The translations under genes and the position numbers were made by a program. The notes below the pieces were generated by a model. The model worked only from the letters and a program-made list of their open reading frames with translations, was not told where the DNA came from and searched no databases. DNA of 64,000 nt from Salpingoeca rosetta (taxonomy: Eukaryota > Protista > Choanoflagellata). The stretch is from assembly GCA_033442325.1 (NCBI GenBank), contig JAWQFM010000026.1, positions 656,170-720,169 on the forward strand, in the 5' to 3' direction. Shown here one piece after another: positions 18,699 to 31,837 of the stretch (positions within the stretch are counted from its first letter, which is position 1; each line of letters starts with the position of its first letter).

Positions 18699-20119
18699 AT
18701 GAGCTCGTCTCCTCCAAGACTGCGCAGCTTCAGGCCGCACGCCTTCTGGAAGCATGTGCAAGACGTGTCCGCTGCTGCGCTGAAATCGGGGGCGCTTGTG
18801 CCTCTTACAACTCGTGTACGTTCAACACCAACAAAAGATGTGGTTTCCTGCTTTGGTTCCGTCCTCCCTTTGTCCTCCTCTCCGCTTGCGTTCATACATA
18901 TTCCGTGGAGTGCAGCCCCCTTCCCCAGTTTCTCCCTGACCATACACACTCACGCACATGTACAGCACAGGCATACGTACCACGTGCATTCACATCGCAC
19001 ACATACACACGTCTGCACATGCCACTTCACCACATCCACCCACGATACTACACCACGCTGTGCACGACACCATCCTCATAATGCTCATCCCTATCTTTGC
19101 TCTCTCTTTTCCCCCTCTTCCCATCGCCACCGTGTGGCATTTACACCATCAGGCCACGACCGTGGAGTGCCATGGCGTGGAGTTTCAGGTGCGCGTGTTG
19201 GAGCACATTGAGAAGAAGGACAAGGCCAAGACCGACAAGCCGAAACACTTCAACCCGTTTCTGCCGCCGGAACCTGAGCTGACCGTGTGCAAGGTGGAGC
19301 CACACCACCTGTGCCTGCTGAACAAGTTCAACGTGTTTGACAACCACCTCCTGCTTGTGACGCAAGAGTACCAGCCGCAGATGCGCCGCCTCGACCACGC
19401 GGACATGACGGCCCTGTGTGCGCTGATGGAGCAGCGCCACTTCCTCGCCTTTTTCAACGGCGGGCCAAAGGCCGGCGCGTCGCAGCACCACAAGCACATG
19501 CAGGTCATCCCGCTCCCGTTTCTGCCGGACGAGACGGAGCCCAGGGTGCCGATTGAGGCTGTGATGGCGCCGGAGGACGGGCTGGTGCAGCAGAGTCTGC
19601 CCTTCATCCACCGCGTGCACTGGTTCGACAGCGGCGACGACGACGATGACAACGGCAACAGCAACGGCAATGGCGGCAGTGGTGGGCATGGAACGAACAA
19701 CGCAAGCAGCAACATGCAACAGCAGCAACAACAACAACAGCCGCAGCAGCAGCAGCAGGAGAACACGGAGGAGGCGCGACGACCATCGCGACCACAGACG
19801 CAGCAGTGGCGGGACCCTGATGTTGTGCACAGCGCGTACCTGTCGCTGATGGAGCAGCTTGACCGCTTTCACCACGCGGACGAGTACATGACCAAGCCAT
19901 ACAACTTCATCATGACGCGGCGCTGGATGATGGTGGTGCCGCGGTCTGAGGATGGCATGAACGGCGTGGAGTGCAACGGCATTGCCTTTACCGGCGGTAT
20001 GCTTGTGCGCACGCCAGAGCACGTGCAGTGGCTCAAGGAGTACGGGATTTTCCGGCTGATGGCCAAGCTGTGCAACGAGCCCATTGTCAGCAGTGACGAA
20101 GATGAGGAGGAGGAGGATG

Positions 20120-20192
<73 letters not shown>

Positions 20193-20523
20193 CGGTGGCG
20201 ATGGTGAGGTTCAGGGTGGAGTTGCGGGTGAGCACAGCAGCGGGACAAGCAGCGGTGGGGTCGGCAGTGATTGCGGGGCCGGTGTTGATGGCGCTGTTGA
20301 TGACGGGATGGATGAGTTTGATGAGGATGCTGTTGAGGCGCGGGAAGTGGCGCGGGAGGAGGTGCAGGGCTCGCTGGACAAATACGACGCAGTGCAGGGA
20401 CAGAGCAACACCAACGGCGCTGATGGGAGTGGTGATGTTGGTGTTGGTGGTGGGGATGATCTTACGGATGCAACGCCAACCATGAGCATGAGCGTCAGCA
20501 ACAGCAGCAACACAAGCAACTAA
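18699..20523 (+). CDS. Ap4A phosphorylase / ATP adenylyltransferase (yeast Apa1/Apa2 family, HIT-like) with polyQ insertion and acidic tail; 2 exons
   Basis: Exons 18699-18815 and 19153-20523, phase 0. Motifs 'ALKSGALVPLTT', 'NPFLPPEPEL', 'HLCLLNKFNVFDNHLLLVT', 'LAFFNGGPKAGASQHHKHMQ' (HxHxQ), 'PYNFIMTRRWMMVVPRS', 'NGIAFTGGMLV'. Confidence 0.9.
20120..20193 (+). repeat. Coding (GAT)n trinucleotide tract giving a poly-Asp run in the Ap4A phosphorylase tail
   Basis: Perfect gat repeats in frame with ORF 18958-20523. Confidence 0.9.
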
Positions 20524-20791
20524 GTGGGCGTTGGGCGAGGGTTGGAGTGAGAGCAGCACGGACAGCCTGTCCGTGCAGTTCACACCGTGCGAGGTGATGT
20601 GTGTGATGTTTGTGATGCGTGTGAACAAGCCTTGCCTCACTCCCCTTGCTCGTGTTGTTCTGAGACGAACGCCCAACAAGCAATAAAGGAAACACACAAA
20701 AAGGGAGGCGGAGAACAGAGACCGCGTTGGCTGGCGGTGTTGGGAGGCGAGCGTGTGTCGTCAGCAAAACTTCACAAACAACAACAACAAA

Positions 20792-20827
<36 letters not shown>

Positions 20828-20862
20828 GACAAACACACACACACACATACGCACACAAAGCC

Positions 20863-21969
20863 ATGTCGCGCTCGTTCAAGGTTGACGACGTGTGGGCTGT
20901 GACGACCAACAAGCAGCACATGCTGGAGTCACGCTGCCACTTCCAGTGCGCCTCCAAGCAATCGAGTGGCAGCAACGATGAACACCAGCAACAACACCAG
21001 CAGCAACAGGCACCTGCAAGTTCAACGGCCTCCCTAGCGTCCGCTGACGTCCTCGATCACGGCTCCTCCGCACAGCGCCCAGAAGCACAAGCAACGGAAG
21101 CACAAGCAACGGAAGCACAAGCAGCGCAAACACAGCACAAGGTGTTTCGTGTTGGCGGGCCACAGCAAGGGAGCAAAGGAGAGCAAGGCCCCGTGGAGAA
21201 GCGAGGCAAGCGCATGGACCTCCTGACACAGCTGGTGCAGCAGCCGGAGGCGGGGCAGCTGTGCGACTTTTGCCAGTTTGAGCAGGCAGTGCCCTTCCCA
21301 TTGCCGGAGGAGGTGTATTCGCGCAACCACGTGACGCTGTGGGCGGGGAAAGATCACAGCGTGCGCTTTGACGCGCTCGGTGCGCTGCAGGGCGTGCAGG
21401 ATGTGCAGGGCGAGCACGAGCTGCCGCAGGTGTCCTACGCCAAGGAGTGGAAGCACGCGCGGCGCGGCCGCGCAGACAAGCTGACGCCGGTCAAGCCGTA
21501 CGACTGGACATACAACACCAGGTTTGCAGGCTCGCTGCACGGCTCGTGGCTGGTGGAGCCGACGGAGGAAGGCATCGACTTCAACCTCCTCCGACAGCCG
21601 GAAAAGATCCTGTTCCAGGAGCACGTGTTCCTGCTTGCCGACGACTACAGCGACAACGGCATCATGCACATGGATGTGCGCCTGCGCGCCATGCCCTCGT
21701 GCTTGTATCTCCTGCAGCGGCAGTTTATTCGGGTGGACCACGTCATGGTGCGCATCCACGACACGCGCGTGTTCAAGCGCACGGGCTGCAACCACCTCAT
21801 TCGGGAGTGCTCCACACACGAGGTGGACATCCCACACCTGGACCGCACCGCCCCCGCGCTGCCGGATGGCCGGCCGCTGCACGTGCTCTGCACTCCGACC
21901 GACGTTGGCCGTGCCATGCAGCACTTTCGCCGCACCCGCTTCGAACGCTCCAAACTCACCCCTCAATGA
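20863..21969 (+). CDS. TIPRL: TIP41-like protein (PP2A/TOR pathway regulator), single exon
   Basis: Motifs 'PLPEEVYSRNHVTL', 'FDALGAL', 'VSYAKEWK', 'VKPYDWTYNT', 'IDFNLLRQPEKILF', 'DDYSDNGIMHMDVRLRAMP', 'FIRVDHVMVRIHDTRVF'. Confidence 0.9.
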   Translation: MSRSFKVDDVWAVTTNKQHMLESRCHFQCASKQSSGSNDEHQQQHQQQQAPASSTASLASADVLDHGSSAQRPEAQATEAQATEAQAAQTQHKVFRVGGPQQGSKGEQGPVEKRGKRMDLLTQLVQQPEAGQLCDFCQFEQAVPFPLPEEVYSRNHVTLWAGKDHSVRFDALGALQGVQDVQGEHELPQVSYAKEWKHARRGRADKLTPVKPYDWTYNTRFAGSLHGSWLVEPTEEGIDFNLLRQPEKILFQEHVFLLADDYSDNGIMHMDVRLRAMPSCLYLLQRQFIRVDHVMVRIHDTRVFKRTGCNHLIRECSTHEVDIPHLDRTAPALPDGRPLHVLCTPTDVGRAMQHFRRTRFERSKLTPQ

Positions 21970-22432
21970 GCCAGCTTGATGTGTGTGTGTGTGTGTGTTG
22001 GGGGGGGGGGTTGTGGTTGTGGTTGTGGTTGTGTGTGTGTGCGTGTGCGCGCGCGTGCGAATGTGTGTGTATGTGTGTGTGTCTGTCTGTCTGTCTGAAT
22101 CACTGACTACCACGCATGCACACGCACACATGCACACACACACATACTGCCCTGGTGCTTTGTGTTTGTGTGTACACTCCCTTTCTGGGTCTCCGTCTGG
22201 TCTATCAGTGCGTATTTGTATGCACACGTGTGTATCTGTGTAGCAACGTGTAGCGCCCCGTTTCTTTCCCATGTTGTGAACTACTAATCAAGCCTGTACC
22301 CTTGCTGATTCTCACCCTGCAATACACGCAAGGGGATGATTGGATGATTGGTGGCCGCTGCTGCATCCCGGCAGTTTTGACAGGGGACACACACAGATGC
22401 GGGAGACAGACAGATGGGAGACAGACACGTAC

Positions 22433-22463
<31 letters not shown>

Positions 22464-22513
22464 CAGACAGACACACAGACACAGACACAGACAGACACAC
22501 ACACACAGACACA

Positions 22514-22554
<41 letters not shown>

Positions 22555-23249
22555 ACACACACGCCTCCCCAAACAAACCGTCCACGAAGATTGGTTGATG
22601 ATGTTAGCCAATATTCCGCAACGCCACTGCGAGTGACGCGATTGCGGTCATCAAATCAAGCAACAGCCAAAACCACCAACCTGAACACAACCTGCCTGCT
22701 GCTCGCTCTCGTGCTTGCATGGCCCCACATGGGTTGGTTGTCACGCACGCGCGTTGTTCTTCTTCTTGTTCTTGTTGAGTCGGGTTGCAAGTCTGCCGCC
22801 AGCTCACTACTTATTAGCAAACTAGCTCGTCGCAAGCAAGTAGCTTGAGAGTTGTCAAGTGTTTGTGGAGTGGTGTGCTAGTCGACACACAGCCTAGCAA
22901 GCTAGCTTGGCCTCAGTTATTGTTTGTTCGTCTTGCACCATCATCAACGCCACCCTTCCTCCCTGCAAACTGCCCAAGTATTTATCCCCCCCCCTTGTCT
23001 CCTCCATCCACCCGCCTACAACGCTTGCACCACAACCGCACCGAGCCTTTGTCGGTGGAGAACACCTGTCGTTCCTAGCGCATTTGTCTCGGTTGTTGCG
23101 CTTGTCCCTGCTTGTTTGCGCGCCTCGTGTCTTCTTTGTCCGGCCTGTCAACTCGCAAACACGAGCAGCTGCGTCAACCACGCAAACGCACGCAACCAGC
23201 AACCTTGTCGTGACGCTGTGGCGACACAGGTGATCGCGTGCGACCCGCC

Positions 23250-24422
23250 ATGGCACCACAATTCCGTGTGCGCATAGCGTGGCTGATAGCCTTCATTATC
23301 CTCAGTGATGGGCTGCAATGTCTCGCGTCCTGCGCCGATCCACAAGGTACGCTGTGCCGGTATGCACCGTTCCAGCTTGTAAATGCGCGCTTGTGCGTGC
23401 GTGCGTGCGTGTCTTTGGAGTGTTCGTGCGTCTGTTAGTCGGTTCGTTCGCTGTTCGTTGCTTCATGTACTTGTTTGTTTGCTTGTCAGCGGCCCGAATG
23501 TGCAGCTGCGGGCTCTGTGATGCTGCACCTTGTAATCAAAGATGGCTTGGGCACCCTCGACAGCACAGCCAATCCTACTCACACGTGTGCATTACGTTCT
23601 GGCATGTTTTCCTTCAAGTGGAAGCGGTGCACAACAGTGACGGCATGTTCGTCCTCATGGATCCGTGCATCGCCTACGCGCAGCCTTTGGACAGAACCGA
23701 CTTTCGCGCAGCCTTGTACGTTGAAGCACCCGCAGTGGGGAGGGTGCGTGTGTGTGTGCGTAGGAGGGGAGTTGAGTCGTGGGGTAGAGGATGAGGAAGG
23801 GAAATGCCCATGCTTTCAGGGTTTTGTGACATGAACTCGCCAGGAAACGTTCCGTGCACACACACACACACACACAGACACACACACAGACACACAGACA
23901 CCACACACAGACACCACACACAAACTATTCGCTGGTGTTGATTCACCTTGCTCCGGCCTGCGCTGCTTCTGTTCCTGCTTACAGAGCACAGATAACCACG
24001 ACGCCAACAGTAGCGCTGTACAAGCAGGATGTCAACGCCACCTTCTCCAGTGTGACTGCTCTCTATGAAAGCCCACAGCCCATCAACGAAACCATTCCAG
24101 GTGTGACGCACGCTGTGACTCAACATTGCAGCTCAGCACATACATATACATGCATACAGTCGACGTACCGAATGTCGACACACACACACACACACTCACA
24201 CTCGCACACTCGCGCTCACACTCGCACTCACATGCAATCACACACTCACACACACACACACACTCACTCACGCTTGTGCTGCGTGGTGGTTGTGCAGTGT
24301 GCACGCGTGCACACGTAAGCGGGTGTCTTGTGCGCGGGGTTGCATACGAGCTCATGCTCAGCAACTTGACCGTCGTCGCAGCTTACACCGTCCCGGACGT
24401 CGCCTTCCCGCTCAACCTCTCC

Positions 24423-24498
<76 letters not shown>

Positions 24499-25919
24499 TG
24501 GGTGTGGGTGTGTGTGTTTGGATCAAACATACATTCGAGCGTACGCGTGTATGCGTATGTGCGCAGTGCTTTCCCCACACCTCATTTGTGTTGGCGGTGT
24601 TTTGTTTCTCGTGCCAGTGGTTGAGACTGCGGCAACGCACGCCACTTTCCACCTTCCCGTCAAACAGCTTCCGTCCCAATTCACAAAAGCACAGGTGTGT
24701 ACGCCGTGTTTGCGTGCGCGCGCGCGTGCGTGTGTACGTGTGTGTACGTGTGTGTGTTCGTGCGTTTGCATGTGTTCCGCTTGTCTTGAAGATGCTCTGT
24801 GCGAATTGTGCGCCCGCGAGTGCTTCATGCCTGCGCGTTACCACTTGTGTACACCAGTGTCCTGCACATGTCATCTCCCTCTCTCCCTCCCTCTCCTTGC
24901 ACTGCTCAGCTGCTCATGACGTTTACCACCACCACCGTCACCACCACACATCACTGCCACCACCACCACCACTACCGCCACCACCACCACCACCACTACC
25001 ACCGTCACCACCACCACCGCCTCAACTGCGTGTGCTGCTGTACCAGATCCGCGTGTGTTCTGCCCAGCACGGCTCTGTCGAGTCCGCCCCCGACTGCGAA
25101 GGCGACGTGGTAGGGCCGCGCATGTGTACGTGTGTGTGTGTACTTTCGTGTGTGGGTTGAAGATGGAGAAACATACACATACTCAAATACACACATACAC
25201 ACAGAGAGATGCACATGTATTCATTCACCTTGGTTGTGCTGCCATCATTTCAGGCAAGCGTGATGAACAGTGGGGTTGGGTGCATTGACGTTGAGCACAA
25301 CGTGACCACGTCGACCACCGTCACCATCGCCGGGCTCAGGCCGTGGACAACCTTCTGTGCGTATCGCACTTGCTCTCATGCTGGGTTGGCAGAGGGGGAG
25401 GGTTGTTAGAGTGGGGAGAGGAGGAATGTTTGGTGATTGTTCACAAATTCTACGCGTCCTGTTGCATGTCGTTCGTGTCTGTGTTTGCTTGTGGGTATGT
25501 AAATGTGGATGTGTGTCACTGTGGTACCCAACCTTTCCACCCACTCCCCCTTAGTTTTCTCTCACTTCCACCACCCTTGGCTTTCTTGCGTTGTTGGGAT
25601 TTATGGCAGGTGCGTCGGTGCTGTATGTGAGCGCCAACTACGACGTGCACCACTGCATGACGTTCACGACAAAGCAGGCTGCGTTCACATTTCCGCCCAA
25701 GGAGGTTATCCGCCTGCAACGCGACACGCACCTCATCCTCCGCCTCAAGGCCCATCCGCAGGTGGGCTGCTGTCACGATGAGACGCTGTGTGTGTGTGTG
25801 TGTGTGTGTCATGTGAGTGGGGGGAGTGGGTGAGGTTGTAAGGGCAGCTGAGACACACGAGTGACGACAATGAAAACAACCCCAGCAGCAACGCTGTCAC
25901 AAACTCCTCCACATCCTCA

Positions 25920-26012
<93 letters not shown>

Positions 26013-28066
26013 CACACACACACACACACATATGCACACCCACACACACCACAGGACGTGCCGTGGCCGAGCTTGGTACAGACCTTCCGCGTGTCTGTTG
26101 TGTCGGAGTATGGCGATCAAATCCTTGACAACGAGCGCTTCAACGTGTACGAGAAGCTTGGCTCTGACACAACCGGTGTGGAGCAGTTTGCCATCGAGCC
26201 CACCAGCGCGGAGATTGTATTCACTGTGCGCACTGCGTCGCTGATGCCGTACACGTGCTACTCCATCACGGTTGCGTTTGACTCTGGCGAGTACGGCACC
26301 AGCCCCCCTGCGCGCATCACGTGCCTGCGCACGCTGCCCGGGGCGCCGCTGCAACCGGACCCGCCCGTCATTGACATGCTGGACAGCAATGGCATGTTAC
26401 ACGTGTCGTGGACGCTGCCGTCTCGCACGCAGGCGCCCATTGACGCGTTTGAGCTGGTGGCGAACGTGGACGAGGAAGCAGAGGTGCTTGGCGCCATTGT
26501 GTCGCGCTCCAAGCCCGCAGACACCGCCGTGCTGGTGGCGGTATCGCGCGTGGACGTGCTGCACAGCAACGCCACGTTCAACCTGCGGCTGCGCATTGTC
26601 AATTCGCAGGGCGTCAGTCCGCTCTCTGCACTCGCCCTCGACCCGAACCAAACGCACGCCATCCTCGCAGGTGCAGTGGTGGCCGTGGTAGCCGTGGTGG
26701 CCGTGGTGGCCGTGGTGCGAGGTGGGGGAATGTGGCGAGAGAACGGGTCGTGTCATGGGGCGTCCTTGCGATTGTTCCGTTGTCTGCACCGTTCTTGTTC
26801 ATCCCGCACTGACAACACACACACACACACATAAACACTCGTGCACTTCACGTCATGCCCTTTATTCAGCCCCAACCTCGGCGCCCTCCAGTGCATCGTA
26901 CACACCGGGCGCTGTCCTCGGCCCCGCTGCCGTTGTCCTTGTGTGCGCACTGCTGGGCATTGCGCTGCTTACGTTTACGCAGCGGCGGCGCGAGCGAGAG
27001 AACGTGCTTGAGCTGCCAGTCCCAGACGAGTGGGAGCGTCCGCGACAGGATGTCATGATTGGCGGCACGATTGGCTACGACGGCTTTGGCGAGGAGTTTG
27101 ACGGCACTCTCAAGCAGAAGGACGGGCCGAGCGTGGGGTTGGTTGATGCCCGTGTGCGTGTGTGCGCGTGTGCGCGTGTGTACGTATGTTTGCCGGTGGG
27201 TGGGTGGGTGTGGATGCGTGGTGATAATGCTTGTGTGCTTGTGTGGCGCGCCATGTGTCTGTTTTCACGTCTCACCTCACTTCATTCGCCACCACTGCTA
27301 CCACCACTGCCGCCACCAGCATCACGGTGCGCAAGTGCAGCCTGCACAAGCGCCTGCGGGAGAAGCGGGAGTTTCTGCTTGAGGCGGAGCTGCTCAAGTC
27401 GCTGGCGCGCGACCGGCACCCGAACATCATCAACCTCGTCGGCTGCTGTCTGCAGGACGAGCCTCTCCTCATCCTCGCAGAGCAGGCCTCCCTAGGGTAG
27501 GGACCAGGGGTTGCAAGGAAAGGGGAGGGGGATTGAGGGGTGTTGGTGTTATAATGGTGTTTGTGCTGTCTTGCGAGGTGGTGAGGCTGTATCATGGCTG
27601 TCTGCGACGTTGACAATGCTGGTGTCCTGACTCACTGACCGATCGAAAACGCACAGTGCTCGTTCAAACCAATACCCCTCACCACCACCATCATTATCAC
27701 CACCATCACCATCATCATCACCACCACCACCTTCGCCACATATTATCGCCGCCCGCAGGGATCTCCGCAAGTACCTGCATCAGTTTTCGCCGCTGCTGAC
27801 CGAGAACACGCTGCCCTTGACGGACCGCCTGCGCATGATGCACAACATTGCCGACGGCATGGCCTACCTCCACTCGCACGGGATCATGCACAGGGACCTC
27901 GCTGCACGGTGCGCAACTCTCCACCGCCACATGCTCGCTCCTGCATCGTGACAGTCATTTGGGGGTCGATGGATTGAAGGAAGAAACATGTTGACATGTT
28001 GACATGTTGACACGCTGACACGTGTTTGTGTCTTCTGTGTGTGTGTGTCTTCTGTGTGTGTGTGTC

Positions 28067-28109
<43 letters not shown>

Positions 28110-29799
28110 ATGTGTGTGTGTGCATGTGCGTGTATGTGGAGTCTCTCATCTTCGCCATGTTGCAATGTGTTTGCACCGGTCAGAAACTGCTATGTGACGA
28201 CGACCGGAACCGTCAAGCTCGCAGCATTTGCCCGCCGCAAACACACCCCCATTGGTGCGCTCGCTGGCATGTCGTGAATGTTCGCCATATTTGTTGCTCT
28301 TGGTTATCGTTGTTACTGTGATGTGGACGCAGTGGTCAGCTGCTGGTTCTATGATCGGTCTTGTGTGCAAAACACACAATCAGCAAGCAAATCGACCGCC
28401 CTGCGCCTCACTCTTGAATCTGTCCGTGCGTGTCGGTGTGCGTGCGTGTCAGGTGACGGTGACAGCAGCGATCTCGCCACCCTGCCTGTCCGCTGGCTCG
28501 GCCCAGAGGTGCGCACATGTGGATGGGTGTGTGTCACGTTGTGGTGTTTGTTTGTGCGCTGTGTTGGTGGGTGTGCGCATACACACATGCGTCCACGCGT
28601 CTGCAGCATGAGTTCACTCCATTCACTGCAACTGCTTGGTCCAACATTCCCAAACTTCTCAACTTCAGGCGTTTGTGCTTCCGTCGCACACGTTTGGAAT
28701 GGATGTGTGGGCGTTTGGAGTGACGGCGTGGGAGATTGAAACCTACGGCCGCCTGCCGTACACCACACTCACAAACGAACAGGTGCGCGCGCAATGCTTG
28801 TATGTGTATGTACATGTGTGTCTGAGTTTCTGTGTATGTGTGTTTGTGTTTGTGTGCGTGTGTGTGTATGAACATGTGAGTGTGTATGAACATGTGAGTG
28901 TGTGTGTGTGTGTACGTCATTATCTGTTCATCTGTTTAGGAGTGCGCTCGCTGCTCGCCTCGTGGTCACGGTGCTTTTGGCTCTGCCCATCATCCTCACT
29001 ATCGGCCACGCCACTTTTGATAAACTCGACCATCCCCTGCCGTCCCCTTTCTGTCTGTCTGTCTCTCTCTCTCTCTGTCTCTCTCTCTCTGTCTCCCTCT
29101 CTCTCTCCCATCACTGCGCCACAGGTGTGCTCGTATGTCGTGCGCGGGCAGCGCCTTGACCGGCCAGCCGAATGCCCCTTCATCATCTACGAGGTACGGC
29201 CAGCGGCACGTTTGAAGGTCGCACACGTCTGTATGTGTCGTGTGTGTGCATATTTGTGCATGTGTGCGCAATTGCAGACATCTGCGTATGTGTGTGTGTG
29301 TGTGTGCTGTGTGCGTCCTTGCTGGTGGTGGAGTAGCGGTACATGTTACACCGCATCACCACCGCTCATTCTGGCTCTTGCGCCTACTGCTGCTGCTGCT
29401 GCTGTTGCTGCTGTTGCTGTTGCTGCTGTGCAGATGATGCTGTGCTGCTGGTCAAGCATGCGGCCGTCCTTCCAGAGCATCTCATCCTTCCTTGAAACCG
29501 TCAGTATGGTACACAGTCTGTGTGCGTGTGGTTTAGCGAGGGTGACACAGCTCACGTCACGTTGTTAGTGACACACATTTACATGGTGGCACTCGCGCTC
29601 TCACGCACGCACGATGCTGTTGTGCACAGGTCTGCGCAATTACTCCGACGGCCGAGGAACAGCGCTTCATTCCATTGTACGAGTGATTGCTCTTGGGATC
29701 GTGTGTGTTATGCGTGTGTATGTTGTGTGTGTATGTGTTTTGCATGTTCGGGGTTATGAAGCTGCTGTTGCTGTGCGTTTGAGTTGCCACGAGCAGCGC

Positions 29800-29839
<40 letters not shown>

Positions 29840-31837
29840 GCGCGCAATTACACACACACACACACACGCAATGGCACACACATTCACACAATTGCACGCA
29901 CACACACACACACTCTCTCTCTCATTCAGGGACTTTGTGGACGACTACACGGCGAGCCTTGTTCTTGGTGCGGTCGCAATTGCAACCTGCAGCACTCGTG
30001 CACGTACTTACAAGTTTGGTTCTGTTCAATGCGACGTGATAGCATGCCGTTTCGTTCGTTGTCTGTCTCGACCGCTTTCCTCACTCCTTTGTCCCGTTCT
30101 CCTTCGTTACTCCTCAACAGATGCGTTGCAGAGTCAGACGGTCGAGGAGCCACACGCCAGCCCTCCATCATCAGAGGTATTGCACATACACACACATACA
30201 TATGACGGCATTAGATATAGGTGAACAAACTGTAGTGTTCATGCTTGCAGACGCCACGCCTCTGGTCCTCATCTACGGTGCACATACCTCCTCATCTGTA
30301 TTATTGTGTTGTGGCCCTCCCAGACAACGATGCTCGAGCTTCCTCGACAGCGTGGTATATCAGGTACCGCAACACGCATAAGCACGCACTCGCGCGCACA
30401 CACACACACACACATACACATACATACACACGGAAACGCACACACACACACACTGATACACATGCATACACACGTGCATTCACACACAGACACGCACAGA
30501 CACCCCCCCCCCCCACACACTAACATCCTTCTCACTTTCCACTCACACCCTCATACCCCCGCCTCTCCACAACACGCGCACACGTGTACGTTTCATCTCC
30601 ATGTGCAGTTGACACGGCGTCGCGGTCGCTGCTGAGCACGACGGGCGTGTCGCCCCAGCGCCTGGACACCCCGCAGAGCGGCCACCGCGTCCCGTACTCA
30701 GACCTTGATCGCCCGCGCTCCCGTGAGCAGCACATGCCGGGCCCGGCCCTCGGTGCTGGCCCACGCGCCAACGCATCGTACCCGCTCATGCAACGGCAAC
30801 AAGAGCAGCACCAACAGCACCAACAGCACCAGCAACAACAGCAGCACCAGCAGCACCAGCGGCCGCTGAATCCGACATCGAGCTTGAGCAGTCAGGCGAG
30901 CACAGACTCACTGCTGCACAAGCAGCGACGACGGTCGCGGGCAAAGACGCTGGTGAGCCAGGACGGCGTGACAATTGAGGTGCCGCAGCAGCCCAAGCAA
31001 CGCCGGCGCAGTCGCAGCTTGCTGCCATCCAGCCCCGCCGTCATTCAGCAGCGCATGATGCTGCAGAGGCACCTGTTGCAGGGCCAGAGTCAGGGCCAGG
31101 GCCAGCCTGTTGGTGCAGCCGTGGTGCCTTCGCCACCGACAACGCCCGTGCACAGCAGGGGTGCACTCGCGACAGCAGCACCTGCGGCACCATCGCAACT
31201 ACAGCACACGTCAGCAACAGCACCAATCGCACCAGCAACGGCAGCATCGACCCCACTTGACGAGCACGAGCATTTGTGTGCTGATGGGAATGCGGGCCAG
31301 CGTGCTGAGGGGCTGCCTGTGGGACCGGGAATGGTAGAGGTTGAGTTGGACGCTGTGCTGACTCGTGGCAGTCGCTCTGGCAACACCGCAGCAACAACAC
31401 CATCACCATCGCCATCGCCGCGGCATGACGGGACTGGCTACGAGCAACGTGGCAGTGCCAACAGTGCTGGCGGTGGTGGTGATGCCGGTGATGCTCGTGG
31501 TGTCAGGAACCGCAACGGTGCCGTGGGTGATGGCTGTGATGTTGGTGGTGATGGTGGTGGTGGTGGTGATGGTGGTGATGTTGGCTCCCTTGCTGATTCT
31601 GATGGTGAGCCACTCCTTCGACCACCGCAGCGGCAGCCGTCCCCAGCCACCAATCTCACTGGCAACAACGCAACTTGCAGCAATGCTACTGGTACCAACG
31701 CTACTGGTAACAACGCTACTTGCAACGGCTCTCAACAGTCCCAGGCACAACAACAGCCGCAACAGCAACAGCCACAACAGCAAAAGTCACAGCCACACAA
31801 GTCGCTTGACTTCACACCGGCCTCCTCTGTTCTCTGA
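23250..31837 (+). CDS. Receptor tyrosine kinase with FN3-like ectodomain; kinase domain predicted to be catalytically impaired; many exons
   Basis: Signal peptide '[26 protein letters not shown]'. FN3 cues '[11 protein letters not shown]', '[12 protein letters not shown]', 'RTLPGAP', 'LHVSWTLP'. TM '[23 protein letters not shown]' then QRRRERE. Kinase: 'DEWERPR', '[11 protein letters not shown]', 'HRDLAARNC', 'LPVRWLGPE', '[20 protein letters not shown]', 'RLDRPAECP'. Long low-complexity tail ending ASSVL-stop. Confidence 0.85.
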
